Assembly (NCBI GenBank): GCA_937864235.1
Contig: CALMJI010000018.1
Coordinates: forward strand, 8,939-72,938
Length of the DNA: 64,000 bases
Source of the DNA: an uncultured bacterium
GTDB lineage: Bacteria > Patescibacteriota > Minisyncoccia > SW-4-49-11
Direction of reading: 5' to 3'
Each line of letters begins with the position of its first letter. Positions within the stretch are counted from its first letter, which is position 1. The notes under the pieces were generated by a model. That model was not told the origin of the DNA. It made no database searches and worked only from the letters and a program-made list of their open reading frames with translations. This document shows, one piece after another, positions 10,749 to 21,396 of the stretch. Position numbers and translations under genes: made by a program.

Positions 10749-11378
10749 TTAATTACTATAAATACTCTTAATACTTTCAACTGAAGCAATGTCGGTTAAA
10801 ATTGTATCTGACTTCAAAATATCTATTAGATTCAATGAATCAGAAGGAATTAGTGAAACATTAGGAATATTAGAGAATGACTTTTCAATATTCTTATCCT
10901 TACGGTCAAATACAACTAAAGTTTTAGTAGAGTCTAATTTGAGATTATTTAGAATTGATAAAGCCTCTTTTGTCTTCATCTGAGATAGAGCAAATTCATC
11001 TAATAACACAAATTTATCATTAGAAACTCTTGATGATAGAGCCATAAATAAAGCTTTTCTCTTCATTTTTTTATTCACTGATATAGCAAAGTTTCTCAAA
11101 CTAGTAGGACCAAAAGTAACACCTCCTGTACGCCAAATTGGTGATCTAGTGGATCCATGACGAGCTCGTCCAGTACCTTTCTGCTTCCAAGGTTTTTTAC
11201 CACCTCCACGAACTTCAGACCTATCTTTGGTATGAGCTACTGGATACAGGGTATTAAGAACCTGATATCTATAAACTTGATGAACTAAAGTATCATTGGT
11301 ATCAAGACCAAATATCTCAGCTGGCAATTCATATTGCTCTTTTGCTTCTCCCTTAGTATTAACTACTTGAATCTTCAT
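10749..11378 (-). CDS. rplD: 50S ribosomal protein uL4
   Basis: RGGGKKPWKQKGTGRARHGS. Confidence 0.98.
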   Translation of the reverse strand: MKIQVVNTKGEAKEQYELPAEIFGLDTNDTLVHQVYRYQVLNTLYPVAHTKDRSEVRGGGKKPWKQKGTGRARHGSTRSPIWRTGGVTFGPTSLRNFAISVNKKMKRKALFMALSSRVSNDKFVLLDEFALSQMKTKEALSILNNLKLDSTKTLVVFDRKDKNIEKSFSNIPNVSLIPSDSLNLIDILKSDTILTDIASVESIKSIYSN

Positions 11379-11386
11379 ATAATTAT

Positions 11387-11965
11387 CTAACCAACAATTT
11401 GTAATAATCCATTATTAGGACCAGGAATCGCTCCTTTTAATAATAATTGATTATTTTCTACATCAATATCAACTATTCTTATATTTTTGAGAGTTTGAGC
11501 TTTGAATCCAGTTCTACCTGGCATTTTACGACCTTTCAAAACATGCTCTGGATACCCAGATCCAATTGATCCTCCAGCTCTTTCGGTATGCTTTGTTCCA
11601 TGAGTAGCATTGGCTCCTGAGAAATTATGTCTTTTGACAACTCCAGCAAAACCCTTTCCCTTAGATATACCTTTAACAGTTAAAATATTACCAACTTCAT
11701 ATTGAGATATATCTAAAGCAGAACCTAATTCTATAGCTGGAAGCTCATCAACTCTAATTTCTTTCATAATTCTTGGAAGCACAGAGTCTTTCACTTTTTT
11801 AGTGTATTTAGCACCAACTTGCACGGCATTATATCCATTTTTAGAAGCTTCGATGAGAGCTTGTACTTTTACATCTGGATATAACTCAACCTTAGTGACA
11901 GGTATTACTTTACCTCCCTCAAAAATTTGAGTCATTCCAATCTTTTTAGCAAACGAAAATTTCAT
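11387..11965 (-). CDS. rplC: 50S ribosomal protein uL3
   Basis: KIGMTQIF, SKGKGFAGVVKRH, KGAIPG. Confidence 0.98.
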   Translation of the reverse strand: MKFSFAKKIGMTQIFEGGKVIPVTKVELYPDVKVQALIEASKNGYNAVQVGAKYTKKVKDSVLPRIMKEIRVDELPAIELGSALDISQYEVGNILTVKGISKGKGFAGVVKRHNFSGANATHGTKHTERAGGSIGSGYPEHVLKGRKMPGRTGFKAQTLKNIRIVDIDVENNQLLLKGAIPGPNNGLLQIVG

Positions 11966-11987
11966 ACTTATACTCTCACCTTAACTA

Positions 11988-12320
11988 CTAATTCAAATAT
12001 TTGATAGATATATCTACTCCTACAGGCAAATTCAGATTCATAAGAGCGTCGATAACCTTAGAATTTGGCTCTGCAATATCTATTAATCTTTTATGCACTC
12101 TCATTTCGAATTGATCTCTAGAATCTTTATGCACAAAAGTAGATTTTAATACTGTATATTTTTTAATAGAGGTAGGTAGTGGAATAGGTCCCACAGCATT
12201 AGCTCCAAATTTTAAAGCAGTATTAATAATTTGCACAGCGGATTGATCTGCAATCTTATAATCATAAGCTTTGATCTTAATCCTAATTATCGACTTGTAC
12301 TCTTCTTTTTTAGATGACAT
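11988..12320 (-). CDS. rpsJ: 30S ribosomal protein uS10
   Basis: [26 protein letters not shown]. Confidence 0.98.
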   Translation of the reverse strand: MSSKKEEYKSIIRIKIKAYDYKIADQSAVQIINTALKFGANAVGPIPLPTSIKKYTVLKSTFVHKDSRDQFEMRVHKRLIDIAEPNSKVIDALMNLNLPVGVDISIKYLN

Positions 12321-12340
12321 ACCTTTTTCTTACGGAGAAA

Positions 12341-13537
12341 CTACTTAATAATTTTTGTTACAACTCCAGCACCAACGGTATGCCCACCTTCTCTAATAGC
12401 AAATCTTTGTTGATCGCTAAGAGCAATAGGAGCTACCAAGGAAACCTTTACAGTAACAGTATCTCCTGGCATAACTAATTCAGATCCTTCAGATAAAGTA
12501 ATCTCACCAGTTACATCAGTAGTTCTGATATAGAATTGAGGCTTATATCCTGATACAAATGGAGTGTGTCTTCCACCTTCTTCTTTTGTCAACACATAGA
12601 CTTCAGCTTCAAATTCAGTGTGAGGAGTAATAGAACCTACCTTAGCAAGAACTTGACCTCTCTCAACATCTTCTTTTTTGATACCTCTAAGAAGAAGACC
12701 AACATTATCTCCAGCCATACCTTCATCAAGAAGCTTCTTGAACATTTCAACTCCAGTTACAACTGTTTTTTGAGTGTCTTTTAGACCTACAATTTCTACT
12801 TCAGAGTTTACCTTGATGATTCCTTTTTCAATTCTTCCAGTAACAACTGTTCCTCTTCCTTCAATTGAGAAAATATCTTCAATAGGCATCAAGAAATCTT
12901 GGTCAATTTCTCTTACTGGTTCAGGAATAGCTTCATCTAAAGCATCAATAAGCTCTAAGATTGGCTTAGCATCAGCTGAATTAACATCTGTTGTCTCAAG
13001 AGCTTTAAGAGCTGAACCCTTTACAATTCTAGCATTATCTCCGTCGAAGCTATATTTGCTTAACAACTCTCTAACTTCAACTTCTACCAACTCTACTAGC
13101 TCAGGATCATCAACTTGGTCAACTTTATTCAAGAAGACTACAATTTGAGGAACTCCAATTTGATTTGCTAACAAAATATGCTCACGAGTCTGAGGCATAG
13201 GACCATCGGCAGCAGATACCACCAAGATAGCTCCATCCATTTGAGCTGCTCCGGTGATCATGTTCTTGATATAGTCAGCATGTCCTGGACAATCAATATG
13301 AGCATAATGTCTTGTGTCTGACTCATACTCAACATGAGCTACAGCAATGGTAATACCTCTTGCCTTTTCTTCAGGAGCTGCATCAATTTCATTAACAGCT
13401 TTTTTGGTAACTACATTTCCTCTTAAGTTAAGTACATTAAGAATAGCTGCGGTCAAAGTTGTCTTCCCATGATCTACGTGTCCAATAGTTCCAACGTTTA
13501 CATGGGGTTTTGTGCGCTCGTATTTCTCTGTTGCCAT
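12341..13537 (-). CDS. tuf: Elongation factor Tu
   Basis: [25 protein letters not shown]. Confidence 0.99.
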   Translation of the reverse strand: MATEKYERTKPHVNVGTIGHVDHGKTTLTAAILNVLNLRGNVVTKKAVNEIDAAPEEKARGITIAVAHVEYESDTRHYAHIDCPGHADYIKNMITGAAQMDGAILVVSAADGPMPQTREHILLANQIGVPQIVVFLNKVDQVDDPELVELVEVEVRELLSKYSFDGDNARIVKGSALKALETTDVNSADAKPILELIDALDEAIPEPVREIDQDFLMPIEDIFSIEGRGTVVTGRIEKGIIKVNSEVEIVGLKDTQKTVVTGVEMFKKLLDEGMAGDNVGLLLRGIKKEDVERGQVLAKVGSITPHTEFEAEVYVLTKEEGGRHTPFVSGYKPQFYIRTTDVTGEITLSEGSELVMPGDTVTVKVSLVAPIALSDQQRFAIREGGHTVGAGVVTKIIK

Positions 13538-13605
13538 AGAAGTGTTATTTAATTATTATTGTTTAACCTAATAAAAACTTAGATGAGTCAAACATACTCT
13601 TGCCT

Positions 13606-13634
13606 ATTATAAACTATATCTGTAATTTAGTCAA
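13606..13634 (-). promoter_or_regulatory. Sigma70 promoter of the tuf-S10 unit
   Basis: TTGACT-17bp-TATAAT. Confidence 0.75.
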
Positions 13635-13689
13635 GTGTTTGTTTGTAATTATGAATTATGGGTTTTGAATTTTAAGTTATAGTGACAAC

Positions 13690-13926
13690 ACCTCCCCCGA
13701 GGGAGGACAGTTACGTCTGTCCCTCGTCGGGGCGCGAAGGGTGGCAAGGAGTGCCGGGTTTGAACTGAGCGAAATTCCCCTCTTGAGGGGTGCCCGTAGG
13801 GCGGGGTGGATAAAATTAAAACTATAGTATGAACTTTAACCAATATCCACCTCCGGCCTAAAGGCCACCTCCTCCAAAGGAGGACAGAAATACCACAGAA
13901 TACTGTAGGAATAAACTCTACGCTAC
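13690..13926. repeat. Cluster of GC-rich palindromes: double-hairpin elements plus one GTAG-type REP
   Basis: Double hairpins at 13775-13812 and 13844-13886 in opposite orientation; partial copies at 13690-13757; GTAGCGTAGAGTTTATTCCTAC on the minus strand at 13905-13926. Confidence 0.8.
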
Positions 13927-13935
13927 GAAAAATAT

Positions 13936-15546
13936 TTACTCAATTATTCCTTTACCTAGAATATCTAATAGTTTAGTATGGAACCTAGTATCTTGGATTT
14001 TATATGGGTGTGGTAGTAATTGTTTTTGAGAGATACAGTATACTTCATCAATTTGAATCCTTTCTAAAAAGTCTAATGAGTGTGAGACTACTATTAATGT
14101 CCCTGTATAGTTCAATAACCCTTGTATGATGGCATCTTGGGTTTGTATATCTAGATTATTGGTTGGCTCATCTAGTAATAGCATATCTACTGGGCTTAAA
14201 CTAATCATAGCAAAAGCTAGTCTAGCTACCTGACCTCCTGATAAATCTCCTGCTAATTGATTAACTTGATAATCGTCCCAAAATAAAAATTCTCTTAATT
14301 TTTGTCGAATTGTCATTAGAGAAGCTTTCGGATTATAGACCTTCATATTATCTATAATAGTAAGATTTGGTTTTACTATACTATAGGTTTGATCCATATA
14401 GACTATATTGGTTTTATCGCTAATTGTTATCTCTCCTGAGGATAATTGTTTTTGAGCAAGTAATTTTAAAAATTGACTTTTACCTGTACCATTAGCTCCT
14501 AGAATAGCTATTCTCTCGCCTTCGGTCAGGCTTAATCTAATATTATTGATTAGTTGATTCTTATCTACTTGTATCACTCCACTTCTAATATCTAAAATTA
14601 TATCTGTAGTTGGTCTAGGGATATGATTGACTATATACTGTACTGTCTTCTTGATTTGTGGTTCTAGTTCATTAAGAATATCTTTATTTTCTTGTATTCT
14701 AGAGTCATACATTTGTTTCTTTTGTCCGGCTCTAACTTCGGCTTTGCTTTTGAGATAGCCTCTATCCATACGAGACATACTTCTATCTTGTCTGGCTTTG
14801 ATTCCTACTTGTATATTTTTCTCTTGTCTTTTGGCTTCTAGCTGTAGTGATTTGTCTAATCTTTTTTTATCCTTTAGAGCTACTTCATAACGGCGGAGTC
14901 TAGCTTCATTTTCCAATCTTTTTTGTTCTCTATAAAAAGATACATTGCCTCCAAACTCTCTAATATAACCATCTTCCAATTCCCAGACTCTATTGACTAC
15001 TCTATCAGCAAAAGAGGTGTCATGTGAGGCAATAATAACACTGTCTGGATAATTCTCTATTCCTTTAATTAACCACTCTTTGGCTTGAATATCTAAATGG
15101 TTTGTTGGCTCATCTAATAGTAAAACTTGTGGCTTTATATAAAATATAATTCCTAAATGTAATTTGACTAACTCTCCCCCACTTAAACTTGATATGGTTC
15201 TTGTAGTGTCAATTTGCAAATTGAATTCATTTTCTACCTTTACAATTACTTCCCACCATTCCTCAACCAAACTAGCTAAATATTCCGATATAATTAAATT
15301 TGAACTTAACATATCTAGATGTAATTGAGGGAAATACCAAACTGTAGCCAATTCCTCTATTTTACCTCTAGTTGGTTTGATTAGATTAGCTATAATTTTG
15401 AGTAAGGTTGTCTTTCCCGCTCCATTATTACCGACCAAGGCAATTTTATCTCCTTTGTGAATTGTAATAGAGATATCTTTTAGAATATGCTTCAGTCCAC
15501 TTTTAAATCCAATTGAATTGCTAGCGATATACAGTTTTTTCGACAT
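13936..15546 (-). CDS. ABC-F family ATPase (ribosome-protection-like)
   Basis: Two NBDs (GNNGAGKT/LSGGE/DEPTNHLD and GANGTGKS/LSGGQ/DEPTNNLD), long charged linker, no TM segments. Confidence 0.92.
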   Translation of the reverse strand: MSKKLYIASNSIGFKSGLKHILKDISITIHKGDKIALVGNNGAGKTTLLKIIANLIKPTRGKIEELATVWYFPQLHLDMLSSNLIISEYLASLVEEWWEVIVKVENEFNLQIDTTRTISSLSGGELVKLHLGIIFYIKPQVLLLDEPTNHLDIQAKEWLIKGIENYPDSVIIASHDTSFADRVVNRVWELEDGYIREFGGNVSFYREQKRLENEARLRRYEVALKDKKRLDKSLQLEAKRQEKNIQVGIKARQDRSMSRMDRGYLKSKAEVRAGQKKQMYDSRIQENKDILNELEPQIKKTVQYIVNHIPRPTTDIILDIRSGVIQVDKNQLINNIRLSLTEGERIAILGANGTGKSQFLKLLAQKQLSSGEITISDKTNIVYMDQTYSIVKPNLTIIDNMKVYNPKASLMTIRQKLREFLFWDDYQVNQLAGDLSGGQVARLAFAMISLSPVDMLLLDEPTNNLDIQTQDAIIQGLLNYTGTLIVVSHSLDFLERIQIDEVYCISQKQLLPHPYKIQDTRFHTKLLDILGKGIIE

Positions 15547-15600
15547 AAATTATATTATTTCTGGCTGATTATATCATATTATTATTAAAAAAGCTATTTT

Positions 15601-17265
15601 CTAGGATTTTGATTGGTTTGAAAGTGGGTTAATATATTTAGGTATAGTTAATGTAAATGTACTACCCTTATTCAATCCATCTGATTTTACAGTAATATCT
15701 CCTCCATGTTGGGATATTATTTGTTTAGCCAAATATAGACCTAGCCCTGAACCATTTGGATTAATTTGAGGCGATTTTTTACCTCTCTCAAATTTCTTCC
15801 ATATTTTTTTGGAGTCAGCTGCTGTAATCCCAATACCATTATCTTTGATTGATATAACAAAAAATTCATTAAGAGTATAATCAATTACAATATCTATTTG
15901 CCCCTTACCATAGAATATAGCATTATCAAAAATATTATTAATAGCTTCTTTAATTTTGGTACGATCTATAGTTGCGGTTGTATTTTTACCCTTAATCTTT
16001 AAGTTAACTGTAGCTGATTTACTTGATAATAATTCTTTTTTTTCATAAATAATTGACTGTATCAACTGCTTTAGATCAATATTTTTATCCACAATATTCA
16101 CTCCAAACTTACCAGTGTTAATATCATTGGCTGCCAATACATCATTAATAATATCATTTAAATTTTTCGCACTAATATAAGTTTTATTCAGATCCTCTAA
16201 TGCCAATTTATTAAGTTCATATTTAGAATTTTCTTTATTTATAATCATACCTAAATAACCCAATATAACCGTAAGTGGCGTTCTAAACTGATGAGAAGAA
16301 TTCTTGAGAAAATTATTTTTAGAGTCTAGAGCAACTTCTAGCTCTTTCTTTTTTATGTCAAGCAATAATTGTTTTTTTAATCCCATATATACTTCTCTGG
16401 TTAAAAATATATAAATACCGCTGAACATAAAGATGAATAATATATTGGTTTGTAACTGCTCCAGTATACGACTATCTATTATGGAGAATCTCATTATTAA
16501 CAAAATAAGGGTTATAATTAGCGTTAATAATAAGCTAATTATATGTAGTTTGATATAAAATAATTTATATTTCAATATACCAATTAGGACTGTAATAACT
16601 AGTATTAACATAAATACTGGACCATAATATATAAGACTTGTATTTTGATTCAAGAATGGGATTATGATATTAGTTATCAAGGATAATATTATGGCTAAAG
16701 ATGGTAATATTAAAAATAATTCTATATTATTTTTCTCATTTTTCAATCTAACTATACTATATTTATGAAGTAATATTTTGATATATAAAATAAAGTGAGA
16801 AATAGTATATAAAGCAACTATATAATAAGGTATTGAATTATAAGCAATAGGATTTATAGAATCTAACCTTAACAACCCAATTTGTGGAATTAGAATTAAA
16901 ACTAAAATAAATATATATGGATAATATAGAAATTTATATTTTTTAGGAATTTTGGTATTAACAAATAATGATATTGCAAAAAATACAAAATTTTGAATAA
17001 TAGTTATAAAAGAAAAATAGATAAAAATATTATTTATATAAATTAAATATATATTATCTAAAGGTAGAATATATAATGTTTGTATTATAATCCATAAAGT
17101 CCAATTAAATACACCAAAAAAAATATATGTTAAGTACTTAGCTGAAATATGGTTTTTATTAGATAATTTATATACAAATAAATATATATATATTCCTATA
17201 ACTAAACTAGCCAATCCACTGAATATAATCAAACCTATTGGGATTAGTTGATTTGTATATTCCAT
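15601..17265 (-). CDS. Membrane sensor histidine kinase with a multi-TM N-terminus
   Basis: H-box SHQFRTPL, N-box DNAIFY, DNGIG, GSGLGL, GSTF; many hydrophobic segments. Confidence 0.92.
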   Translation of the reverse strand: MEYTNQLIPIGLIIFSGLASLVIGIYIYLFVYKLSNKNHISAKYLTYIFFGVFNWTLWIIIQTLYILPLDNIYLIYINNIFIYFSFITIIQNFVFFAISLFVNTKIPKKYKFLYYPYIFILVLILIPQIGLLRLDSINPIAYNSIPYYIVALYTISHFILYIKILLHKYSIVRLKNEKNNIELFLILPSLAIILSLITNIIIPFLNQNTSLIYYGPVFMLILVITVLIGILKYKLFYIKLHIISLLLTLIITLILLIMRFSIIDSRILEQLQTNILFIFMFSGIYIFLTREVYMGLKKQLLLDIKKKELEVALDSKNNFLKNSSHQFRTPLTVILGYLGMIINKENSKYELNKLALEDLNKTYISAKNLNDIINDVLAANDINTGKFGVNIVDKNIDLKQLIQSIIYEKKELLSSKSATVNLKIKGKNTTATIDRTKIKEAINNIFDNAIFYGKGQIDIVIDYTLNEFFVISIKDNGIGITAADSKKIWKKFERGKKSPQINPNGSGLGLYLAKQIISQHGGDITVKSDGLNKGSTFTLTIPKYINPLSNQSKS

Positions 17266-17320
17266 ATAGTTTTTTTTATTAATTGTTTCTATTATATCAT
17301 AGATTGAGAATAAAAATAAG

Positions 17321-17641
17321 CTAACGCATCATTTCTCTTTTGACCTTATCTTGCATTACATTAATTACAGCTTGAGTTGAGTCTGATTCACTTAAAACAT
17401 TCTGCTTTACGACTTTACAAAGACCACATTCGTGAATAACAAATTTAGCCTCCCCTCCTCTAGTGATAATATCTATAGGTCCCATCAATCCATTACATAG
17501 TTCTTGTCTATCACCTGGATATTTATCTACATGTAAAGAGTATAGACAACTTGGACAATGATTGGTATAACCATTTCCTTCTACAGCTTGATTGCAATTT
17601 TTACAGACAAAATTTTCTTTGTTCCGAGTAAATTTTCTCAT
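17321..17641 (-). CDS. RNHCP-domain zinc-binding protein
   Basis: FVCKNC..TNHCPSCLYSLHVD..PGDR..C.GLM..HECGLC. Confidence 0.85.
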   Translation of the reverse strand: MRKFTRNKENFVCKNCNQAVEGNGYTNHCPSCLYSLHVDKYPGDRQELCNGLMGPIDIITRGGEAKFVIHECGLCKVVKQNVLSESDSTQAVINVMQDKVKREMMR

Positions 17642-17661
17642 TGAATGAGATTATATATGTA

Positions 17662-18210
17662 TTAAACTTTCTTAATTTGAAGAGAATCTAATTCTACTGG
17701 AGTATTCCTTCCAAACATATTCACTAAAACTTTCAATTTTCCTTTAGATTCATCTACCTCAGAAACTTTTCCCTCAAAATCTTTAAATGGACCATCAATA
17801 ATCTTAACTAAATCATCTACATCTACATTGAGTGTATATTTAGGCTCTTCTTTGTTAGTCTTTTTGGTAATAAAATTCATCTCATCTGGAGAAACAGGAA
17901 TAGGTGTAGTCCCTGCCCCAATGAACCCGGTTACATTGGGTGTGTTTCTGACGACATACCAAGAATTATCGGTCACAATCATCTCTACGAACACATATCC
18001 TGGATAAATTCTCTCTTCTACTGTTACTCTTTTTCCATTTTTTACCTTAATCTTCTTCTCCTTAGGGACAATTACATCAAATATATAATCTTCCATAGAC
18101 AAAGACTCTATTCTTTTCTTTAGATTCTGAGCTACGTTATCTTCTAGACCTGATATACTATGGATTACATACCAATTTTTTTCAGTACTAATAGGGTGTT
18201 GTTTTGCCAT
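17662..18210 (-). CDS. nusG: Transcription termination/antitermination factor NusG
   Basis: YPGYVFVEM, VRNTPNVTGF, KOW domain, FGRNTPVEL. Confidence 0.98.
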   Translation of the reverse strand: MAKQHPISTEKNWYVIHSISGLEDNVAQNLKKRIESLSMEDYIFDVIVPKEKKIKVKNGKRVTVEERIYPGYVFVEMIVTDNSWYVVRNTPNVTGFIGAGTTPIPVSPDEMNFITKKTNKEEPKYTLNVDVDDLVKIIDGPFKDFEGKVSEVDESKGKLKVLVNMFGRNTPVELDSLQIKKV

Positions 18211-18226
18211 ATAGAGAAAGTATAAG

Positions 18227-18412
18227 TTATAAAATAAATTGAGTCAGAATATAATTAAATAATATATCTAAACCTCCTAATATAATTGTCGATGCAATGG
18301 ATATAATCACGACAATAGCTGTATATTGTAGTGATTGTTTTCTAGAGGGCCAAGTGACTTTTTGAATTTCTACTTGAGCTTCTTTGATATATTGAATAGG
18401 CTTAGTTATCAT
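18227..18412 (-). CDS. secE: Preprotein translocase SecE
   Basis: EIQKVTWPSR plus one TM helix, upstream of nusG. Confidence 0.95.
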   Translation of the reverse strand: MITKPIQYIKEAQVEIQKVTWPSRKQSLQYTAIVVIISIASTIILGGLDILFNYILTQFIL

Positions 18413-18435
18413 TATATTCTTTAATAGTACAAATA

Positions 18436-18464
18436 ATATTACCTTATATTTTGAATCTTGTCAA
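18436..18464 (-). promoter_or_regulatory. Probable secE-nusG promoter
   Basis: TTGACA-17bp-TAATAT. Confidence 0.6.
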
Positions 18465-18490
18465 AATTTTATATTTAACATACTTATATA

Positions 18491-19582
18491 CTAGTAATCT
18501 CTTAGCTTTCTAATATTAATATGCTCTCTTATTTTTTCCAAGGCTTTTACCTCAATTTGTCTTATACGCTCTCTAGTTACATTAAACTCAGCTCCAACTT
18601 CTTCTAAAGTATGGGTTATTCCGTCTTCTAGGCCAAATCGCATTTGTAGAATTTTTTGTTCTCTATCATTCAAATCATCTAGAATTTCTTGTAAATGTGA
18701 CCTTAGAAGATTACGACTAGCAGTTTGAGTTGGACTTAGAGAATCTGTATCTTCTATGAAATCACCTAAAGAGCTTCCATCCTCATCCCCAACAGGAGCT
18801 TGTAGAGAAATTGTATCTTGATTAATTTTAATAATCTGATGAACTTTTTCTACCTCTAAATCCATTTCTGCAGCAATTTCTTCTGGTAGAGGTTCGCGTC
18901 CTAGTTCTTGAACTAAATTACGGACAACTTGAGAATATTTATTAATTGTTTCAACCATATGAACTGGAATACGAATAGTTCGAGATTGGTCAGCTAATGC
19001 TCTAGTGATAGCTTGTCTAATCCACCAAGTTGCATAGGTAGAAAATTTGAAACCTTTTGAATAGTCAAATTTTTCTATAGCTTTAAATAAACCTAAATTA
19101 CCTTCTTGAATTAAATCTAATAAGGTAAGGTTGGGACTACGACCGACATATTTTTTAGCAATAGACACTACCAATCTCAGATTGGCTTCGGCTAATTCTT
19201 TTTTGGCATCTTCATCTCCTTCGAGCACTCTTTTTGAAATATAAATTTCTTGTTCTTTACTAAGAAGTGGAATGCTTCCAATTTCTTTTAGATATATATT
19301 AACTGGATCTGGTAACTCTTCCTCCCATTTTTCTAACTGGGTATGAGATTCTCCATCCTCTATTCCATCTACAGTAACTAGTGGTAAAAATTCTAGCTCA
19401 TCCTGTATTTTGATTCCCCTTTCCTTTAGAGCATCATATACCTCTTCTAACTGTTCTAAATTATCTTCGATATTTGGTAAAGCATACATAATCTCTGTTT
19501 CTGTAACATAACCCCTTGCTTTGCCCTGAGAAACAAGTGACTTAATAATTTTTTCTAAAGATGAGTTGGTAGATTTTTTCAT
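18491..19582 (-). CDS. rpoD: Primary sigma factor RpoD
   Basis: [43 protein letters not shown]. Confidence 0.98.
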   Translation of the reverse strand: MKKSTNSSLEKIIKSLVSQGKARGYVTETEIMYALPNIEDNLEQLEEVYDALKERGIKIQDELEFLPLVTVDGIEDGESHTQLEKWEEELPDPVNIYLKEIGSIPLLSKEQEIYISKRVLEGDEDAKKELAEANLRLVVSIAKKYVGRSPNLTLLDLIQEGNLGLFKAIEKFDYSKGFKFSTYATWWIRQAITRALADQSRTIRIPVHMVETINKYSQVVRNLVQELGREPLPEEIAAEMDLEVEKVHQIIKINQDTISLQAPVGDEDGSSLGDFIEDTDSLSPTQTASRNLLRSHLQEILDDLNDREQKILQMRFGLEDGITHTLEEVGAEFNVTRERIRQIEVKALEKIREHINIRKLRDY

Positions 19583-19607
19583 ATAAAATAAGTTGATTAG
19601 ATGATAT

Positions 19608-21362
19608 TTAAGTAAATGTCTTATACTTTTTAAGAATTTCTTGTATTTTAGTATTGTCTCCTACTTTCTTTGCCTCTTTTAATTTCTTTAGCAAAGTTTT
19701 ACGGGCAAGACTCTTGTATTGATTTTTTAAAAGTAGTATATTTTCTTGAATTGTTTGTTGAGTTTGTAATTCACTGGGTTGTAATTGTTCAATTTTATAT
19801 AATATTGGTAATAACAATTCTTCAAGGGTTGTATACTCAACTTCTGAGAGAAATTGTTTACATTCACCTAAACTCAATTTTTGTGGAGAGTTTTGAATGC
19901 AATATTCTCTTAATTTAATAAATAAGTCTCTCAATTTAGGCTGAGTAAATAAAGATTGCTCTAATATAAGAATATCATGATTTGTAGGTTTGTAAAGTAG
20001 ATGTGCAATAATCTGTTTTTGTAATTTTATCAAAGGGGTTTCAATATTATGGTTTTTGACATTTACCTCCCCCTGGATATTCTTTGTTTTTAGCTGACTA
20101 TATATATCTTTTTCTGACATATTTAATAAATCAGCTAATCGCTTTATGTAATAATTTTTAGTAATTGGATCATTTATATCTTGTATCCAAGCTATTAAAA
20201 TTTGTAAAGCTTGATTTTTGGCTGGAGTATCCTCTGACTTAATCTTAGACACTATATTATTAATATAGTATTCAATAAAGTCAGAGGCTTGCTCAATGGC
20301 ATTAATCCATAGATCTGAATTCTCTCTTACTAGATCAGCAGCATCCTTGCCTCCATTTATAGTAATCACCTTGACTATACCACCCTTTTTAGTTATTAGT
20401 GCGGCGGATCTAAGACAAGCACTAATACCTGCTTTGTCATTATCAAAAGCTAATATAAATTTATTTGTATATCTTAATAATGTTGTAATATGTTGTTCTG
20501 TTAGAGCCGTTCCTGAAACAGCAACCACCTCTTTAACTCCTGCCTTATGAGACATAATAACATCCATCTGTCCCTCTACTATAATAACCCTATTATTACT
20601 CTTGATAGCTATTTTGGCTTGTGATAAACCAAACAATATTTTACTTTTGTCAAAAACAATAGTCTGAGGAGAATTTACATATTTACCCATTTTACCGTCC
20701 TCATATTCTGGTAAAACTCTACCTGTAAATCCTACTATTCGACCCAAGGTATCTTGAATTGGGATCATAACTCTACCTCTAAATCTATCATAAATATTAT
20801 TTTTATCACTACTAATCACCATACCAGAAGATTCGATATCGGTATTAGAATATTTTTGTGATAATTTTTTACTTAAAGTATGATAACTTTGAGGAGCTAA
20901 ACCAATTTCAAACAAATCTATTAACTCATCAGTGATACCGCGAGAATTTAGATAATCTCTACCTCTTTGACCATATTGCATATGTTTTAAAATAGCGTGA
21001 TAAATTTTGGTGCTATCACTGAGAATTTGAAGTAAAGTTTTTTTATTATCTACTTGGAATTCAGTATTTTTACTATAAGACTTAAGAGATATGCCTGCTT
21101 TTTGGGCTAATATATTGAGAGCTTCTGGGAACGATACCCCCTCCATATCCATAATAAATTGGAATATATCCCCTGATTTGTCTCCACCAAAATCCTTATA
21201 GATTTGAAGCTCTGGACTTACTATAAAAGATGGGGTTTTTTCATTACGGAATGGAGACAGAGCTTTATAATTGGAGCCCGCCGGAATTAGGGTAATATAT
21301 TCTCCTATAATATCTACTATATCTAATTTTTGCTTGATTAAATCTTTTGTCTCATTATTCAT
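19608..21362 (-). CDS. dnaG: DNA primase
   Basis: EKTPSF, DRFRGR, KYVNSP, Toprim EGQMD and FDNDKAG. Confidence 0.97.
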   Translation of the reverse strand: MNNETKDLIKQKLDIVDIIGEYITLIPAGSNYKALSPFRNEKTPSFIVSPELQIYKDFGGDKSGDIFQFIMDMEGVSFPEALNILAQKAGISLKSYSKNTEFQVDNKKTLLQILSDSTKIYHAILKHMQYGQRGRDYLNSRGITDELIDLFEIGLAPQSYHTLSKKLSQKYSNTDIESSGMVISSDKNNIYDRFRGRVMIPIQDTLGRIVGFTGRVLPEYEDGKMGKYVNSPQTIVFDKSKILFGLSQAKIAIKSNNRVIIVEGQMDVIMSHKAGVKEVVAVSGTALTEQHITTLLRYTNKFILAFDNDKAGISACLRSAALITKKGGIVKVITINGGKDAADLVRENSDLWINAIEQASDFIEYYINNIVSKIKSEDTPAKNQALQILIAWIQDINDPITKNYYIKRLADLLNMSEKDIYSQLKTKNIQGEVNVKNHNIETPLIKLQKQIIAHLLYKPTNHDILILEQSLFTQPKLRDLFIKLREYCIQNSPQKLSLGECKQFLSEVEYTTLEELLLPILYKIEQLQPSELQTQQTIQENILLLKNQYKSLARKTLLKKLKEAKKVGDNTKIQEILKKYKTFT

Positions 21363-21396
21363 AAAAAATTTACCAACTTTAAAGCCACCTATTCAT

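Noticed and set aside
13649-13843. 64-aa ORF, and similar ORFs at 31431-31697, 31484-31687, 55674-55874 and 55724-55948
   Set aside because: Open frames created by GC-rich palindromic repeats; no protein-like features
13690-13926. Possible CRISPR array
   Set aside because: Repeats are dispersed, divergent and in mixed orientation; no regular spacers and no cas genes
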